NCBI GenBank assembly: GCA_019828565.1
Contig: JAHDYR010000005.1
Location: forward strand, 583,200 to 647,199
From: Carpediemonas membranifera BICM
Lineage: Eukaryota; Protista; Fornicata
Length of the DNA stretch: 64,000 nt
Direction: 5' to 3'
The translations under genes were made by a program, and so were the position numbers. Positions within the stretch are counted from its first letter, which is position 1, and each line of letters opens with the position of its first letter. This document shows positions 19,972 through 29,843 of the stretch, piece by piece. The notes under the pieces are model-generated. The model was not told the origin of the DNA, made no database searches, and saw only the letters and a program-made list of their open reading frames with translations.

Positions 19972-21768
19972 ATGAACGCGGCGTGGAGGGAGTGGCAGAG
20001 GTTGGGAGCATCACAACGGGTGATCAACTGGTTACGATACGGGGTCGAGATCCGTCTGAGAAGTCAACCACCAGCACCAAGGCAACAGCCGACAGTCGAC
20101 CCATTCATTGTCCAGCAGATTCCTTCCTTGATAGAGACAGGCGTCATAGAGCAAGTGAATCCCTCTTCCCTGCGACACACCGCCTCGCTGTTTACTGTGC
20201 CGAAGGGCGAGTCGAAGAGGATCATTCACAACCTCACGATACTGAACGACTGCTCGGCAGAGCGCTCATCCTTCCGGCTCTACGGTCTGCGCAGAGCTCT
20301 CTCCCTTCTCCAGAGGGGCGACTGGATGGTCAAGTTCGACCTCAAGTCCGGGTACCATCAAGTACCAGTACGGAAGGAGGACCGCAAGCTGCTAGGAGTC
20401 TATCTTCCAGACGGACGAGCGTTTCAGTACAGAGTGCTAGGCTTCGGCTGGCGCGCATCGCCGTTCGTGTTTCAGACGATCACCAACCAACTCGCCAAGA
20501 TACTAGCCCTTCGGACGGGTCTTACCATCGTTGTCTACCTCGACGACTTCCTCTTATTTCACCGCGACCGAGAAATCCTGAGGAGGGCGGTGCCGCGCAT
20601 CAGGCGGACTCTAGCCGACCTCTGTGTCCTCACCTCAGAGGAGAAGTCAGAATGGGCACCGACTCAGTCATTGGTCTATCTGGGGCTCGTGATAGACTCC
20701 GCGAGTTTTACAATACGCCTCCCGGCGGACAAGGCCAAACGTTACTCCTCTCACATTCATCAGGCTCTGGCAGGCAAGACCATCGATCAGGAGACTTGGG
20801 CCAAGATCCTCGGGAGACTGACTTACTTCGCTACAACCGCCCACGGGGCTTTCCTCCGGCTGAGACACCTTCAACAGGACCCACTCTCCAAGGAGCTACT
20901 GCAAGAGTGGCTGCTACTGCTAAGAGAGCGCCCAGTCCGAGACATCAGAGAACTTCAGTCGCTTTGGGGCGCTCACCCCTCCTTAGACCTCGTCGTATCG
21001 ACAGACGCATCTGGAGTCAAGTGGGGAGCAGCCGTGCACGGCGAGTATGGGACCTCAGCCTCGGGCACGTTCACTCCAGAACTAAGAGCAGAATCTATCA
21101 ACGTGAAGGAGCTCGCGGGAATCCTACAGGGCATCCGTCTGATCGGCAGACAGAGTTCCCAACGCGAGCTATCGATCTTCTCAGACAACACATCAGCTCT
21201 GGCCTGGCTCAACAAGGCGGGGTCTACGAAGGCTCCACCTCAGGCCCTGCACATTCTAGCCCAGATCCAGAAGGAGGCGGAGGACCGGAACCTGACACTC
21301 CGTGGACTACACACTCCGGGCATCATCAACCTGGCAGCAGATCGGCTGTCCAGAGGCTTCTCACGACTCCCTTCCTCTCTGGAGTCCAGCATGGAATCTG
21401 TCCTCGCGGAGTGGGGTCCAGTCCAGACAGTCTCAACGGACGTAGACGTAAGGCTTGGATGTCGCGTCCTCTGGGCCCCCAATTCGTCTATGGCAGCCAT
21501 AGTCCAGAAGATAGCGACAGCGAGAGTTCAGACTCAGACTGGACACCCGAGGTCTTGGACCTCAGCAGTCTTTCTCCTCTACCCAGAGGTTCAAGCGCCG
21601 GAGATGAGACTCCTCAAGAGTTGGACGCCCTGGAAACTCCGTCTCTCCGTCCCGGCTTCGAGCTCAGATCTGGCCCACCTACTTCACCTACAGGACAGAG
21701 GACGCCTACGGTTCAATGTGATGGCGTTCAGGACGTTTTCCACAGAGTCCTCAGGTCGGACAGAGTGA
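19972..21768 (+). CDS. Ngaro reverse transcriptase-RNase H
   Basis: DLKSGYHQV, LGFGWRASPFVF, YLDDFLL, YLG; RNase H TDASG.KWGA, INVKEL, SDNTSA, NLAADRLSR. Confidence 0.95.
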   Translation: MNAAWREWQRLGASQRVINWLRYGVEIRLRSQPPAPRQQPTVDPFIVQQIPSLIETGVIEQVNPSSLRHTASLFTVPKGESKRIIHNLTILNDCSAERSSFRLYGLRRALSLLQRGDWMVKFDLKSGYHQVPVRKEDRKLLGVYLPDGRAFQYRVLGFGWRASPFVFQTITNQLAKILALRTGLTIVVYLDDFLLFHRDREILRRAVPRIRRTLADLCVLTSEEKSEWAPTQSLVYLGLVIDSASFTIRLPADKAKRYSSHIHQALAGKTIDQETWAKILGRLTYFATTAHGAFLRLRHLQQDPLSKELLQEWLLLLRERPVRDIRELQSLWGAHPSLDLVVSTDASGVKWGAAVHGEYGTSASGTFTPELRAESINVKELAGILQGIRLIGRQSSQRELSIFSDNTSALAWLNKAGSTKAPPQALHILAQIQKEAEDRNLTLRGLHTPGIINLAADRLSRGFSRLPSSLESSMESVLAEWGPVQTVSTDVDVRLGCRVLWAPNSSMAAIVQKIATARVQTQTGHPRSWTSAVFLLYPEVQAPEMRLLKSWTPWKLRLSVPASSSDLAHLLHLQDRGRLRFNVMAFRTFSTESSGRTE

Positions 21769-22643
21769 TTCACCTTAATCACGCGTCTGCTCGGACGGTG
21801 GCCGGCTGGGTGGCCAGGTTCGAAGGCTCTCGCGATCGCAGCCTGTCGGATCGAGACCAGCTTGTAGCCTTCCTCAAGGACGAAGGCTCCTTCTGCGGGC
21901 CATCGAACGTGGCGAGGAAGGGCTACTGGATTGTTCAGCTACAGGAGTTCCTCAAAGACTGGCATCCGCCCGCCAACTCCAAGTACATCGTTAAGCAGGC
22001 GGCTAAGGGCGCCAGCACGGCGGGAACTACCGGCGGCTCGCGCGCCATCACCAAGGCTGAGATGATCGAGGCACTGGGGCGCCGGAGTGACGACTTTGAG
22101 TCATATCAGGCATGTCTCTTTGGGGCAGTCGCCTATCTGACGGTGTCCAGAGGCATCGAGATACTCTCCCTATGCCCGGCCGACCTGGAGCTACTCAAGA
22201 ACGGCGACATTCTCCTACACATTCAGCGGACCAAGACCATCCTAACGGGAGTTAAGAAGCGCGTACCATACGTATGGCTATCAGCCGCCTTCAACCCGGC
22301 CTTGGCACTTAGACGCTGGGTCGAGGGCACACACTACCTGGCTGATGACACCCCCATCTGGCGAGTCATAATCAACGGGCGCCTGAGCAGAGACAAACCG
22401 CTCACAGCCGCACACCTCCGACGAGTCGTGAAGGCGTTGTTCGGTCCACGGACGGGTCTCCACAGCTTCCGTAAGGGGGCAGCGTCGGAGATGGCTCTAT
22501 CAGGAGTCCCGCTGGAGGTGATCCTCTCAATGGGCACATGGAAGGACGTCACCTCCCTCCGCAGCTATGTCGCTGACGCCATCAGAACAAACGAGGACCT
22601 CACCAGGAGGATGAACCTCAGCCTTCTCGGGCCCCACTTTTAA
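21459..22643 (+). CDS. Ngaro tyrosine recombinase (frame open from at least 19893)
   Basis: Catalytic set SRGIE (R), RTKT (K), HSFRKG (HxxR), GTW, SLRSY (Y); true start uncertain. Confidence 0.9.
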   Translation: MSRPLGPQFVYGSHSPEDSDSESSDSDWTPEVLDLSSLSPLPRGSSAGDETPQELDALETPSLRPGFELRSGPPTSPTGQRTPTVQCDGVQDVFHRVLRSDRVIHLNHASARTVAGWVARFEGSRDRSLSDRDQLVAFLKDEGSFCGPSNVARKGYWIVQLQEFLKDWHPPANSKYIVKQAAKGASTAGTTGGSRAITKAEMIEALGRRSDDFESYQACLFGAVAYLTVSRGIEILSLCPADLELLKNGDILLHIQRTKTILTGVKKRVPYVWLSAAFNPALALRRWVEGTHYLADDTPIWRVIINGRLSRDKPLTAAHLRRVVKALFGPRTGLHSFRKGAASEMALSGVPLEVILSMGTWKDVTSLRSYVADAIRTNEDLTRRMNLSLLGPHF

Positions 22644-23168
22644 CCACCCCCTCCATTAAACATCCGCGTTCGAGGGGGAACGGCCGAGGCGAGACGGACT
22701 CGCCGGCCTGGATTCATCATTAATTCTTAACTCTGGTCGAGGCGAGATAGACTCGCCGGCCCAAAGCTTTAGTCCCACAGGGACGTCTTGCGGGATTGTC
22801 CCATTTTGGTTGGATTTAAGAGGAGGGCTCTCTGTTATAGAGCCACACTTTGTGGATCCTGTCACAGGACCATCACTGGCACCTGCGCGCGCCGATCAAT
22901 GTGCACTTTAGGTCACACTTCGAAACGCATCGGCAGGTGTCGGAGCCGTTTCGGACCTGACCGGATCGCGAGACGAGGATTTACCCGGGTCTGTCATAAG
23001 AGCTCGGGGAAGCCACCCGAAGTAAATACTCGCCCCCCCATTTTGGTTGGATTTAAGAGGAGGGCTCTCTGTTATAGAGCCACACTTTGTGGACCGCCAT
23101 ATTGGCCTGTGGACGGCGCTTGGCGCCGGGGGTAGCTTGATGAGGCAGTCAACCATGTGTGAGAAAAA

Positions 23169-23241
23169 TGGTCCACGTGGGGCTCGAACCCACGACCTTT
23201 GGCTTATCAGACCAACGATCTACCGACTGATCTAGCAGACC
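23169..23241 (-). tRNA. tRNA-Ile(GAU)
   Basis: GGTCTGC TA GATC AGTCGGTA GATC G TTGGT-CTGATAA-GCCAA AGGTC GTGGG-TTCGAGC-CCCAC GTGGACC-A, then TTTTT. Confidence 0.93.
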
Positions 23242-23614
23242 AATATGCTCACGCAGGTTGTCATGCAGCCATATGAGGTCCGGACTATGCCACGAACCCG
23301 TACGTGGCTCCAGGCGGGTCTATGACTCATTCCAGCTCACTACAACCGTTATGTGCTGCGGTGCTCCCTGGGGCAGATCTGAGTTCATCGATACTGCTTC
23401 GGAATCCCGGAAGAATGGAACAAATAGACATCCGTTTGCTTAGTTCTTTCTCCGGGTGGATCAAGTTGGGGTATAGATCAGGATGAAGGTTGGCTAGAGG
23501 TGTCTTAGGACATAGAGCCCCGCGCTCGTTACCCAGCCTGATTGCACCACCGATCTCAGCCTACTTGTCTAATTCATTGCCGGCATCTGTTTGTGACATT
23601 TACATTGCTATCCA

Positions 23615-24431
23615 CTAGTGAGGTGTGCCGCCGCCCGAAGAATTGAGTAGGTCGAACCGCCGGGCTCGGTCAGGAGTCGTTGACCGGGGCAGCATCTTGG
23701 CAGCGCTGAGCCGTGGGGTCTGCGCTGGTGTCATTCGACCGAGGTTCATTGTTCCCATGGAGAACTGAGGCATCATGTTCTCCTTCCTTAGGATGGGGGT
23801 GTTGAGGCGGGGCGTGCCGGGCATCGCATGGCTCGACGACTGGAGCAGCTTGCCCTGCATGCTGAACGGCTTGCGGACGGGTGTAGCGGGCGTCTGACGG
23901 GATGATGGTTCTGCTGAGAGAAGGCGCTCCTGAGACCGGCTGCGACTGTGACTGGACTGGAGAACGTCGGACAGTTTCTGCCGGAGTGACGACACCTCGC
24001 GCTGCATCTCTACCATGCTCGCCTTAGCCTCTTGCAGTTGTCGCTTTAGCTGAGCGTTTTCTTCTTGGATCTGGGCGGCAGCAGTTAGCTGCTGCTTGAT
24101 GAACGTCTCTCGGTTGTTCTGGTGAGCACGCTGGAACTTAAGGACGTCGATGCCCTGCATAATGAGTGTCGCGGGATCCTGGAAGAAGTGTCTGACGGAG
24201 GAGGGCATGCGCATGGGCTGAGTGAGGGGATCGGCGTGAGCTGGAACAAACATCATCTTGGATTTCAAGTGTACCTGCGCTAGCTCTACAGACCGGGCAT
24301 GATATTTCGTCACCAGGGTTGAAACTTCTGCAAGAATCGCAGATGAAGTGACCACAGCTTGTGAAGCAGTTACAAACGCCAGACCGAAGAGTTCTACCGC
24401 ATAAGGAGCAATAGAACTTGAGTTTCGCCAT
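23615..24431 (-). CDS. RING-HC + coiled coil + S/T-P-rich tail protein, Zip3/RNF212/HEI10-like meiotic E3; 34-nt intron (24218-24251)
   Basis: CSLC...TSCGHFICDSC...CPVC; splicing GTTTGT...TCACTCAG gives EIQDD|PMRMPSSVRHFFQDP, then KFQRAHQ and a coiled coil. Confidence 0.7.
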
Positions 24432-24863
24432 TTGAAATTGGATCTGCGGCCGCTTTACGGATCTTTTCGGCCTTTGCGCCTGAGGAGCCTTGTGAGCATC
24501 ACACGCCGGAAAACCACTCAAAACTCATCTGATTAGTTCAGCGCGATTCTCCCCGGGGGGCACACACCACGTCCTCGTAATGGTCTTGCTCACCGCAAGC
24601 CTCCTCTTTCTCTGCGCGATGCTGGTCATTACCAACAAAAATGCCAACTGCCAGGCAGCAAATTTTATGCAGAGAAAACACCACTGAAGGCTGCATCATC
24701 GTGTAGACCGGCAGTAGTATAGCCAGCAGTGACTGTGGCTAGCCCTGTTTTTATTTGAACCATTTTTGCCATCAGCTTTTCTCCCTTTGCGAACCTCCAT
24801 CCTTTGCGTCGTCATCTGCATCGTTTGTGCACGAGCACTTGCTTCTAATGGTTCTTACACAGC

Positions 24864-25265
24864 ATGGGTCACGTTCGTACTAAGACTATCAAGAGGGCCG
24901 CTCGTCTTATCGTCGAGAAGTACTACTCCCGTCTTGGCACCGATTTCCACATGAACAAGGCCATCTGCGAGGAGGTTGCCGTCATCCCTTCCAAGCGCAT
25001 GCGCAACAAGATCGCTGGCTTCGTCACCCACATCATGGTCCGCATTGAGGACGGTGAGCAGGTCCGTGGCGTTTCCCTTAAGCTTCAGGAGGAGGAGCGT
25101 GAGCGCCGTGATAACTACGTCCCCAAGCAGTCTGTCCTCGATGTTGAGAAGCTCGAGATTGACCCCGTTGCCAGCAAGATGCTCGAGAGCATCGGCTTCG
25201 GCGACATGGAGAAGATCGAGATTGTCGAGCCCACCACTCGTCGCGAGCGCCGCCAGCGCTATTAA
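24864..25265 (+). CDS. RPS17: 40S ribosomal protein S17 (eS17)
   Basis: [55 protein letters not shown]. Confidence 0.98.
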   Translation: MGHVRTKTIKRAARLIVEKYYSRLGTDFHMNKAICEEVAVIPSKRMRNKIAGFVTHIMVRIEDGEQVRGVSLKLQEEERERRDNYVPKQSVLDVEKLEIDPVASKMLESIGFGDMEKIEIVEPTTRRERRQRY

Positions 25266-25495
25266 ACGCTTCGGCATAAAGGATACTCATGCTATTGGAA
25301 GGGGAGGATGGCTTGGGTAAACATTTGTCTCTGTGTTGTCCAGTGAGACGGGTAATCCTTTCAGCTTGCTTCATGTCTCCTGTCATCACGGTACCCATCA
25401 TCACCTGTGCGATAACGTGTAGTTTATAGGTGCTTGAGGTCCATTTGCATGATCCACGCCTGGAGTGGTCGGCCGTGTATATCCTGGGCTAAGCC

Positions 25496-26588
25496 CGACC
25501 CACTTGCGCCGCATTTCTGCTGCTGTGGCCACCAGAAAGCGGCATAGAGCACACATGAGCCATCGCAAAGCGCTGTTTACTGTTGAGGTCGTGTGCCAGC
25601 CTCATCGGCGGCGACGAAGCTTGCCGGGGAGCGCGTGGACGCGGTTCACGGTACGTGCAACCCTCATGAGCGTGTATAGTCTGAGCAAAAGCATTTTCTG
25701 TCGGTTATTCCGGCTGCGGGCAGTTCTGTCGTGTCAGGGCGCGTTCGCAGAGGCGTTCGTGAAGGCGCTGAGCAGGATACAGCGAGTGCCCCGTTAGATG
25801 GCCGCTGCACGCGAGCAGTCAACGTCTATTGGTGCAGTGCCAGCCTTCCGCCGCGTCCTGCCTTCTCATGCGCACGATCGGCGTTTTTGCCAGGAAAGGC
25901 CACGCCACAGCGGCGGGTGCAGCCGCGCAGCAGGCGGTCTGCCGGCCCCGCCCGCCTCCTGCCGCACCCTTCGACGCCTGGCTGTGCGATAATGCTGCCC
26001 CCGCGTGTCTCCGCGCCGCGCACACCTCCGCCCACCGCGCCAGCCGGCATAGCATCTGGCCGGCTATACGCTGTCAACGAGCAATCGTGGCCGCAGCGAA
26101 CGAAGTTGAGCGTGTGGAAGGCACTGTCCCAGTTGAGCAGCCCTTCGGCATGGTACCGCGCGAGGAATCGGCGGCCCCAGGTCGATGGTGAGGGCTGGAT
26201 CGGGCGAGGGTGGGAACACAGCAGCCAGCAGGCCCCGAGGGCGGTGGCAACTGGGACGGCAGTGCTGAGCGCGAGGCGACGAGAGCTTTTGCCGTCCTGT
26301 GGCGCGGCGTGCGGGCTGGGCATGCGTCGGCACCGAGTGATTCTGTTTGCGTGTGGAATGTGCGGGAGTAAGGCTGTTTATCGGCGTGCGGGCGTGTCAT
26401 GGTTTTGCACGCTGGGCAGGCGTTCGAGGTCGCTGTCACTCGCGCGAGCATTCCACCTCTCAGAAACGGCATGGGACGTCGATCGGCTTGGTCTAGGGCG
26501 CGTTGTTACTGTCCCCGCCACGCAACTCACTCGTGGCGACTCGGACGCAATCCTGCGCAAGGACGTCTCATCTGCATCCCTCGATCAG
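25496..26588 (+). repeat. 1093-bp segment, left arm of a near-identical inverted duplication (empty site for the Ngaro solo insertion)
   Basis: Reverse complement of 30701-32032 apart from the 240-bp insert and a 1-nt homopolymer indel; lengths reconcile (1093+240-1=1332). Confidence 0.92.
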
Positions 26589-26648
26589 GCGTGGCGACTC
26601 GGACGACTGCGACGATTCAGGACATATTCGACTTCGGCGAAAGAAGCA

Positions 26649-28173
26649 ATGCGCGGCGAGGATAACAGCACAGCGGATGCAAGAGCCACTCTCATCGCGG
26701 CTTATTGTGCTGCAGTTACAGCAACCGCCTCCATCCCCGGAGACGTGCCCTCGCTCCTCCTCCACGCCTTCTCGCGACACTTCCAGCAAAGAATGCCCTC
26801 GATCAGCGATAGAGCTCATACAATTATCGTCCAGCAGTGATTCCCCCTCTCGAGCCACCTGCGCAAGTCCTCCTCGACCGCGCCCGCTCGATCCTCACCA
26901 GCGGCCCCCCGCTGTCAATGAACTTCGAGCTCGCGGAGGGTGAGGAGCTTCCGGTCGCCCTGCACACCCTGCTCCAGGGCACGCTGTGGGCCTGTCTCAT
27001 GGGTGGCGGGGCCAACCCCGACCTGGAGAGGAGCGACGAGCATGACAAGGAGCACAAAACCGCCTGTGGGCAGATGGGATTGTCGCTCTGGTTCCTCTGT
27101 CGGAAGTTCTTCTTCACCCGCACCGTCGCTGCGAATGACGGTGAGAGCACGCCCTCGACATGGCTGTACCACGGCCGCGTGTTCCAACACCCGCCCTCTG
27201 CCCCATATGCCCACATCCGCACCCCCCGGCGGTGAGGCTGTTCGTCGTCAGCCCCGAGACCCTTGTGCTGCAGACGGTCCGGGGCCTCTTCGGACTAGAC
27301 CGGACACAGGTTCCGTTCCACTTCGACGAGAGTCCCACTCTCACGCAGGCCTTGCACACGAGGATGGAGTCCGCGGCCCGGGTCCGCTTCTCCTGCTGCC
27401 CGAGGGTCGCCGAGTTCGAGCGCCACCTGCCGCCTTGGGAGAAGCATCGTCTGGTGGATGGGCTGTGGGCCAACGAGCGCAGCATTGTCCTCCTGACCCC
27501 CGCCGGCCTCGTGGCGCTGGGTTGGATCGCGTAGTTCCTCGTGGGGGCCGGCGTTCGACGGATTGACCTGCTCAAGTTCCACCCCGTGCTGATACCGGAC
27601 GGCGTTGTCCCAGATCAGGTCATGTTCGAGGGCGACTGCCTAGTGGCCGGTGTGGGTGATCGCCAGCTGATTGGGGGCGACGTCCACAGCATACAACTTG
27701 GACCATCGCCCGCCCCTCAAACCAGGACCGTCGTCGACCTGCCATTCCGGGTCGACCGCATCCTGTGCAGTGGCCGGGGGTCGACCGTCTTCCGATGTGG
27801 CCGCCAGCTGCTCCTCTGCGGCCTCGTCCCCGCGACCATGGCGGCTGCAGGCCTGGTGCCCGACATCGCCCCCGGCACCCGCATCGGCCCGGTATCGCTC
27901 AGCCTGCCATGGCCGGTCTCCCGCTTCTTCTATCGTGCTGAGCTCATCGCCAGCTCTGAGACCGAGACCCTGTGTACCAAGGGGATGCTGCGACGGGCCC
28001 TCCCGTTCGAGACGGTCGAGGCGGCACTGTCGGTGTTTGGGACGGTCATGTATCTCCGTCCAGCAGCGGGGTCGTGGGTCATGACCGACCTCGCGACAGA
28101 GGGGCAGCCCGAGCCCGTCCCGACGTACCCTGCGGGGTTCCTGCCTTATACTATAGCACATGTAAACAATTAA
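26649..28173 (+). pseudogene. Disrupted gene of a probable lineage-specific family (RCC1-like beta-strand motifs)
   Basis: Consecutive coding-like pieces (..26840, 26837-27235, 27160-27534, 27541-28173) joined by frameshifts and an in-frame TAG at 27532; family assignment is tentative. Confidence 0.5.
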
Positions 28174-28182
28174 ACCGGAGCT

Positions 28183-29664
28183 TTACTCGACGTGGTTGTA
28201 CAGCTGCAGGCTCGTGCTGTTGGGCGTGTGGACGAGCACGTACTGCCCGTCCGCCCGGCCCCGCACGTCGTCGACAACGGCCTTGAGCACGCCCCAGCAG
28301 GACTCCGCCTCCATCATGACGTTCTTGGCGTACTTCTCCATCGTCTCGTCGTGGGCGCCGACCACGTGGTGGTGCTTGCTGGCGTCCTTGGGGTTGTTGC
28401 GGGCCACAAAGCCCATCTTGAAGGCATCCGCACCCGCGAGCAGGCCCTCGATCGCCCAGCGGTCCGTCAGGGCGCTGTTCTTGATGATGATCTCACCAAA
28501 GATGGTCGCCTTCATCGACTGCCACTTGCTGAGCCAGGTGCCGTGGTCGGCGGTCTCGACGACGGCCTTGACGATGGCGGGGACCGTCTCCTCGACAATC
28601 TCGACCCGCTCCATGGGCTCCCCGTCGGGCCCGACCGCCTCGACCTGCACGCGGCGCTTCTGCTTCACCTCGGCGTCGACGTGGGTCTTGACGATGACGT
28701 CGATCTCGTCGTCCACGGCGATCTTACGCCACCGCACCTGGCCCTTGCTGCCGTCAGTCGCAGCCGCCCTGTACTCGGCGATGGCTGCGGCGGCCTCGGC
28801 GTACGTGGCGAGGGGGTCCTCGGTCATGGTCGTGCTCGACTCGTCCAGCGGCACCAGGTCCGCGAACTCGTTCTCAGGGCGGTAGTCTAGGGTGATCGCC
28901 TTGCCCTGCTTCGTCACAAGGACGTCCCAGCCGTTGTGGGTGCGGAGGGCGGCCATCACGAGGGACAGAGCAGAGGCGGACGCCACGACGGTCGTCTTGC
29001 CCTCGGGATCGATCTTCTCGATGATGCTCTTGGCGGTCTTGTCGCTGCGGATGCTGTTTGTGCGGCGGGGTGCGTCGGCCGGGAGGCGGGTGGGCTTGCG
29101 GGGGACGTGCCTCTCGATGGCCTCGTTGTACTTCGGGAGCGTGCCCTCAGTGGCAACCTCCTCGGACGAAAACTGGGCGGCGTAATCGTTCTTGTCGGCC
29201 TTCTCGGCGGCGAGGATGGTGTGCTTCGCGTTCTTGAGGTTCTGCCAGGAAAGGTCAGTGATGGGAAGCCACTCGGGACGGATCATGATGGACTCGGGGC
29301 GGGTCACGCGGTTCGTGCGGACGTAGTTGTAGCGGGCAGCGTTCCTGCCGAAGTACTGGCGCTGGGGCTCGGCCTCGTACTTCTTCACGGGCGCACTCTC
29401 CTTCTTGACAGCGTCAAGAGGCGTAACAGAAAGAATGGCCGTACGCTCAATCAAGTACTGATCATCCTCGTCAGTATGCTTGAATGCATAGCCGTGACGC
29501 TCGGCCTTTGAGCGAGAAAGGAAAACATCGTAGAAACGGGATTTCTGAAGGAGTTCAGCGCGGTCCTTCTCGAAAGCCGCAAAGGGAGCACCTTCGTACT
29601 CACTCTCATGGCGACCCCAGGGCTGCTCAACAGTCTGTTCGACGTCTTCGACCATTTCAACCAT
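28183..29664 (-). CDS. EIF3D: Eukaryotic translation initiation factor 3 subunit D
   Basis: SIMIRPEW, GWDVLVTK.G, EIIIKNS..DRW...LLAGAD.FKMGFVAR.NPKD..KH, WGVLK.VVD, GQYVL...PN..LQLY. Confidence 0.85.
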   Translation of the reverse strand: MVEMVEDVEQTVEQPWGRHESEYEGAPFAAFEKDRAELLQKSRFYDVFLSRSKAERHGYAFKHTDEDDQYLIERTAILSVTPLDAVKKESAPVKKYEAEPQRQYFGRNAARYNYVRTNRVTRPESIMIRPEWLPITDLSWQNLKNAKHTILAAEKADKNDYAAQFSSEEVATEGTLPKYNEAIERHVPRKPTRLPADAPRRTNSIRSDKTAKSIIEKIDPEGKTTVVASASALSLVMAALRTHNGWDVLVTKQGKAITLDYRPENEFADLVPLDESSTTMTEDPLATYAEAAAAIAEYRAAATDGSKGQVRWRKIAVDDEIDVIVKTHVDAEVKQKRRVQVEAVGPDGEPMERVEIVEETVPAIVKAVVETADHGTWLSKWQSMKATIFGEIIIKNSALTDRWAIEGLLAGADAFKMGFVARNNPKDASKHHHVVGAHDETMEKYAKNVMMEAESCWGVLKAVVDDVRGRADGQYVLVHTPNSTSLQLYNHVE

Positions 29665-29668
29665 AACG

Positions 29669-29714
29669 ATTTACACGTATACATTCCTCTCAATGTACCG
29701 GCCCGCACCGGTCC
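29669..29714 (-). promoter_or_regulatory. Conserved 46-nt two-hairpin element, copy 2, ending 4 nt upstream of the eIF3d ATG
   Basis: 41/46 identical to 4223-4268. Confidence 0.7.
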
Positions 29715-29843
29715 TATTTGATCAACTCTGACAAATCAAAAAGAAAACGTCACCTGTCCTACACGAGTCCATGGTGTGTGCTGGAAATACAGCCTTGTGG
29801 TGGCCAGGAAGGAACCATCCGACCTAAAAAGTCAGCCATTTAC

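Larger units (their letters stand above)
19394..23093 (+). mobile_element. Full-length (3700 bp) tyrosine-recombinase retrotransposon, DIRS order, Ngaro-type, A1-[gag, RT-RH, YR]-B1-A2-spacer-B2
   Basis: Identical 81-bp A repeats (19394-19474, 22857-22937) and identical 57-bp B repeats (22800-22856, 23037-23093); three intact ORFs; no methyltransferase domain recognised; no TSD. Confidence 0.93.

Noticed and set aside
22938-23036. Hammerhead ribozyme in the Ngaro A2-B2 spacer
   Set aside because: CTGA is present but the CUGAnGA...GAAA core is not
23093-23169. tRNA-targeted integration of the Ngaro element (75 bp from tRNA-Ile)
   Set aside because: The second insertion (30975) is not near a tRNA; one case is not enough
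25731-26840. 369-aa ORF across the inverted repeat as a transposase
   Set aside because: No catalytic or DNA-binding motif; low-complexity Arg/Ala/Pro; the frame differs in the second copy
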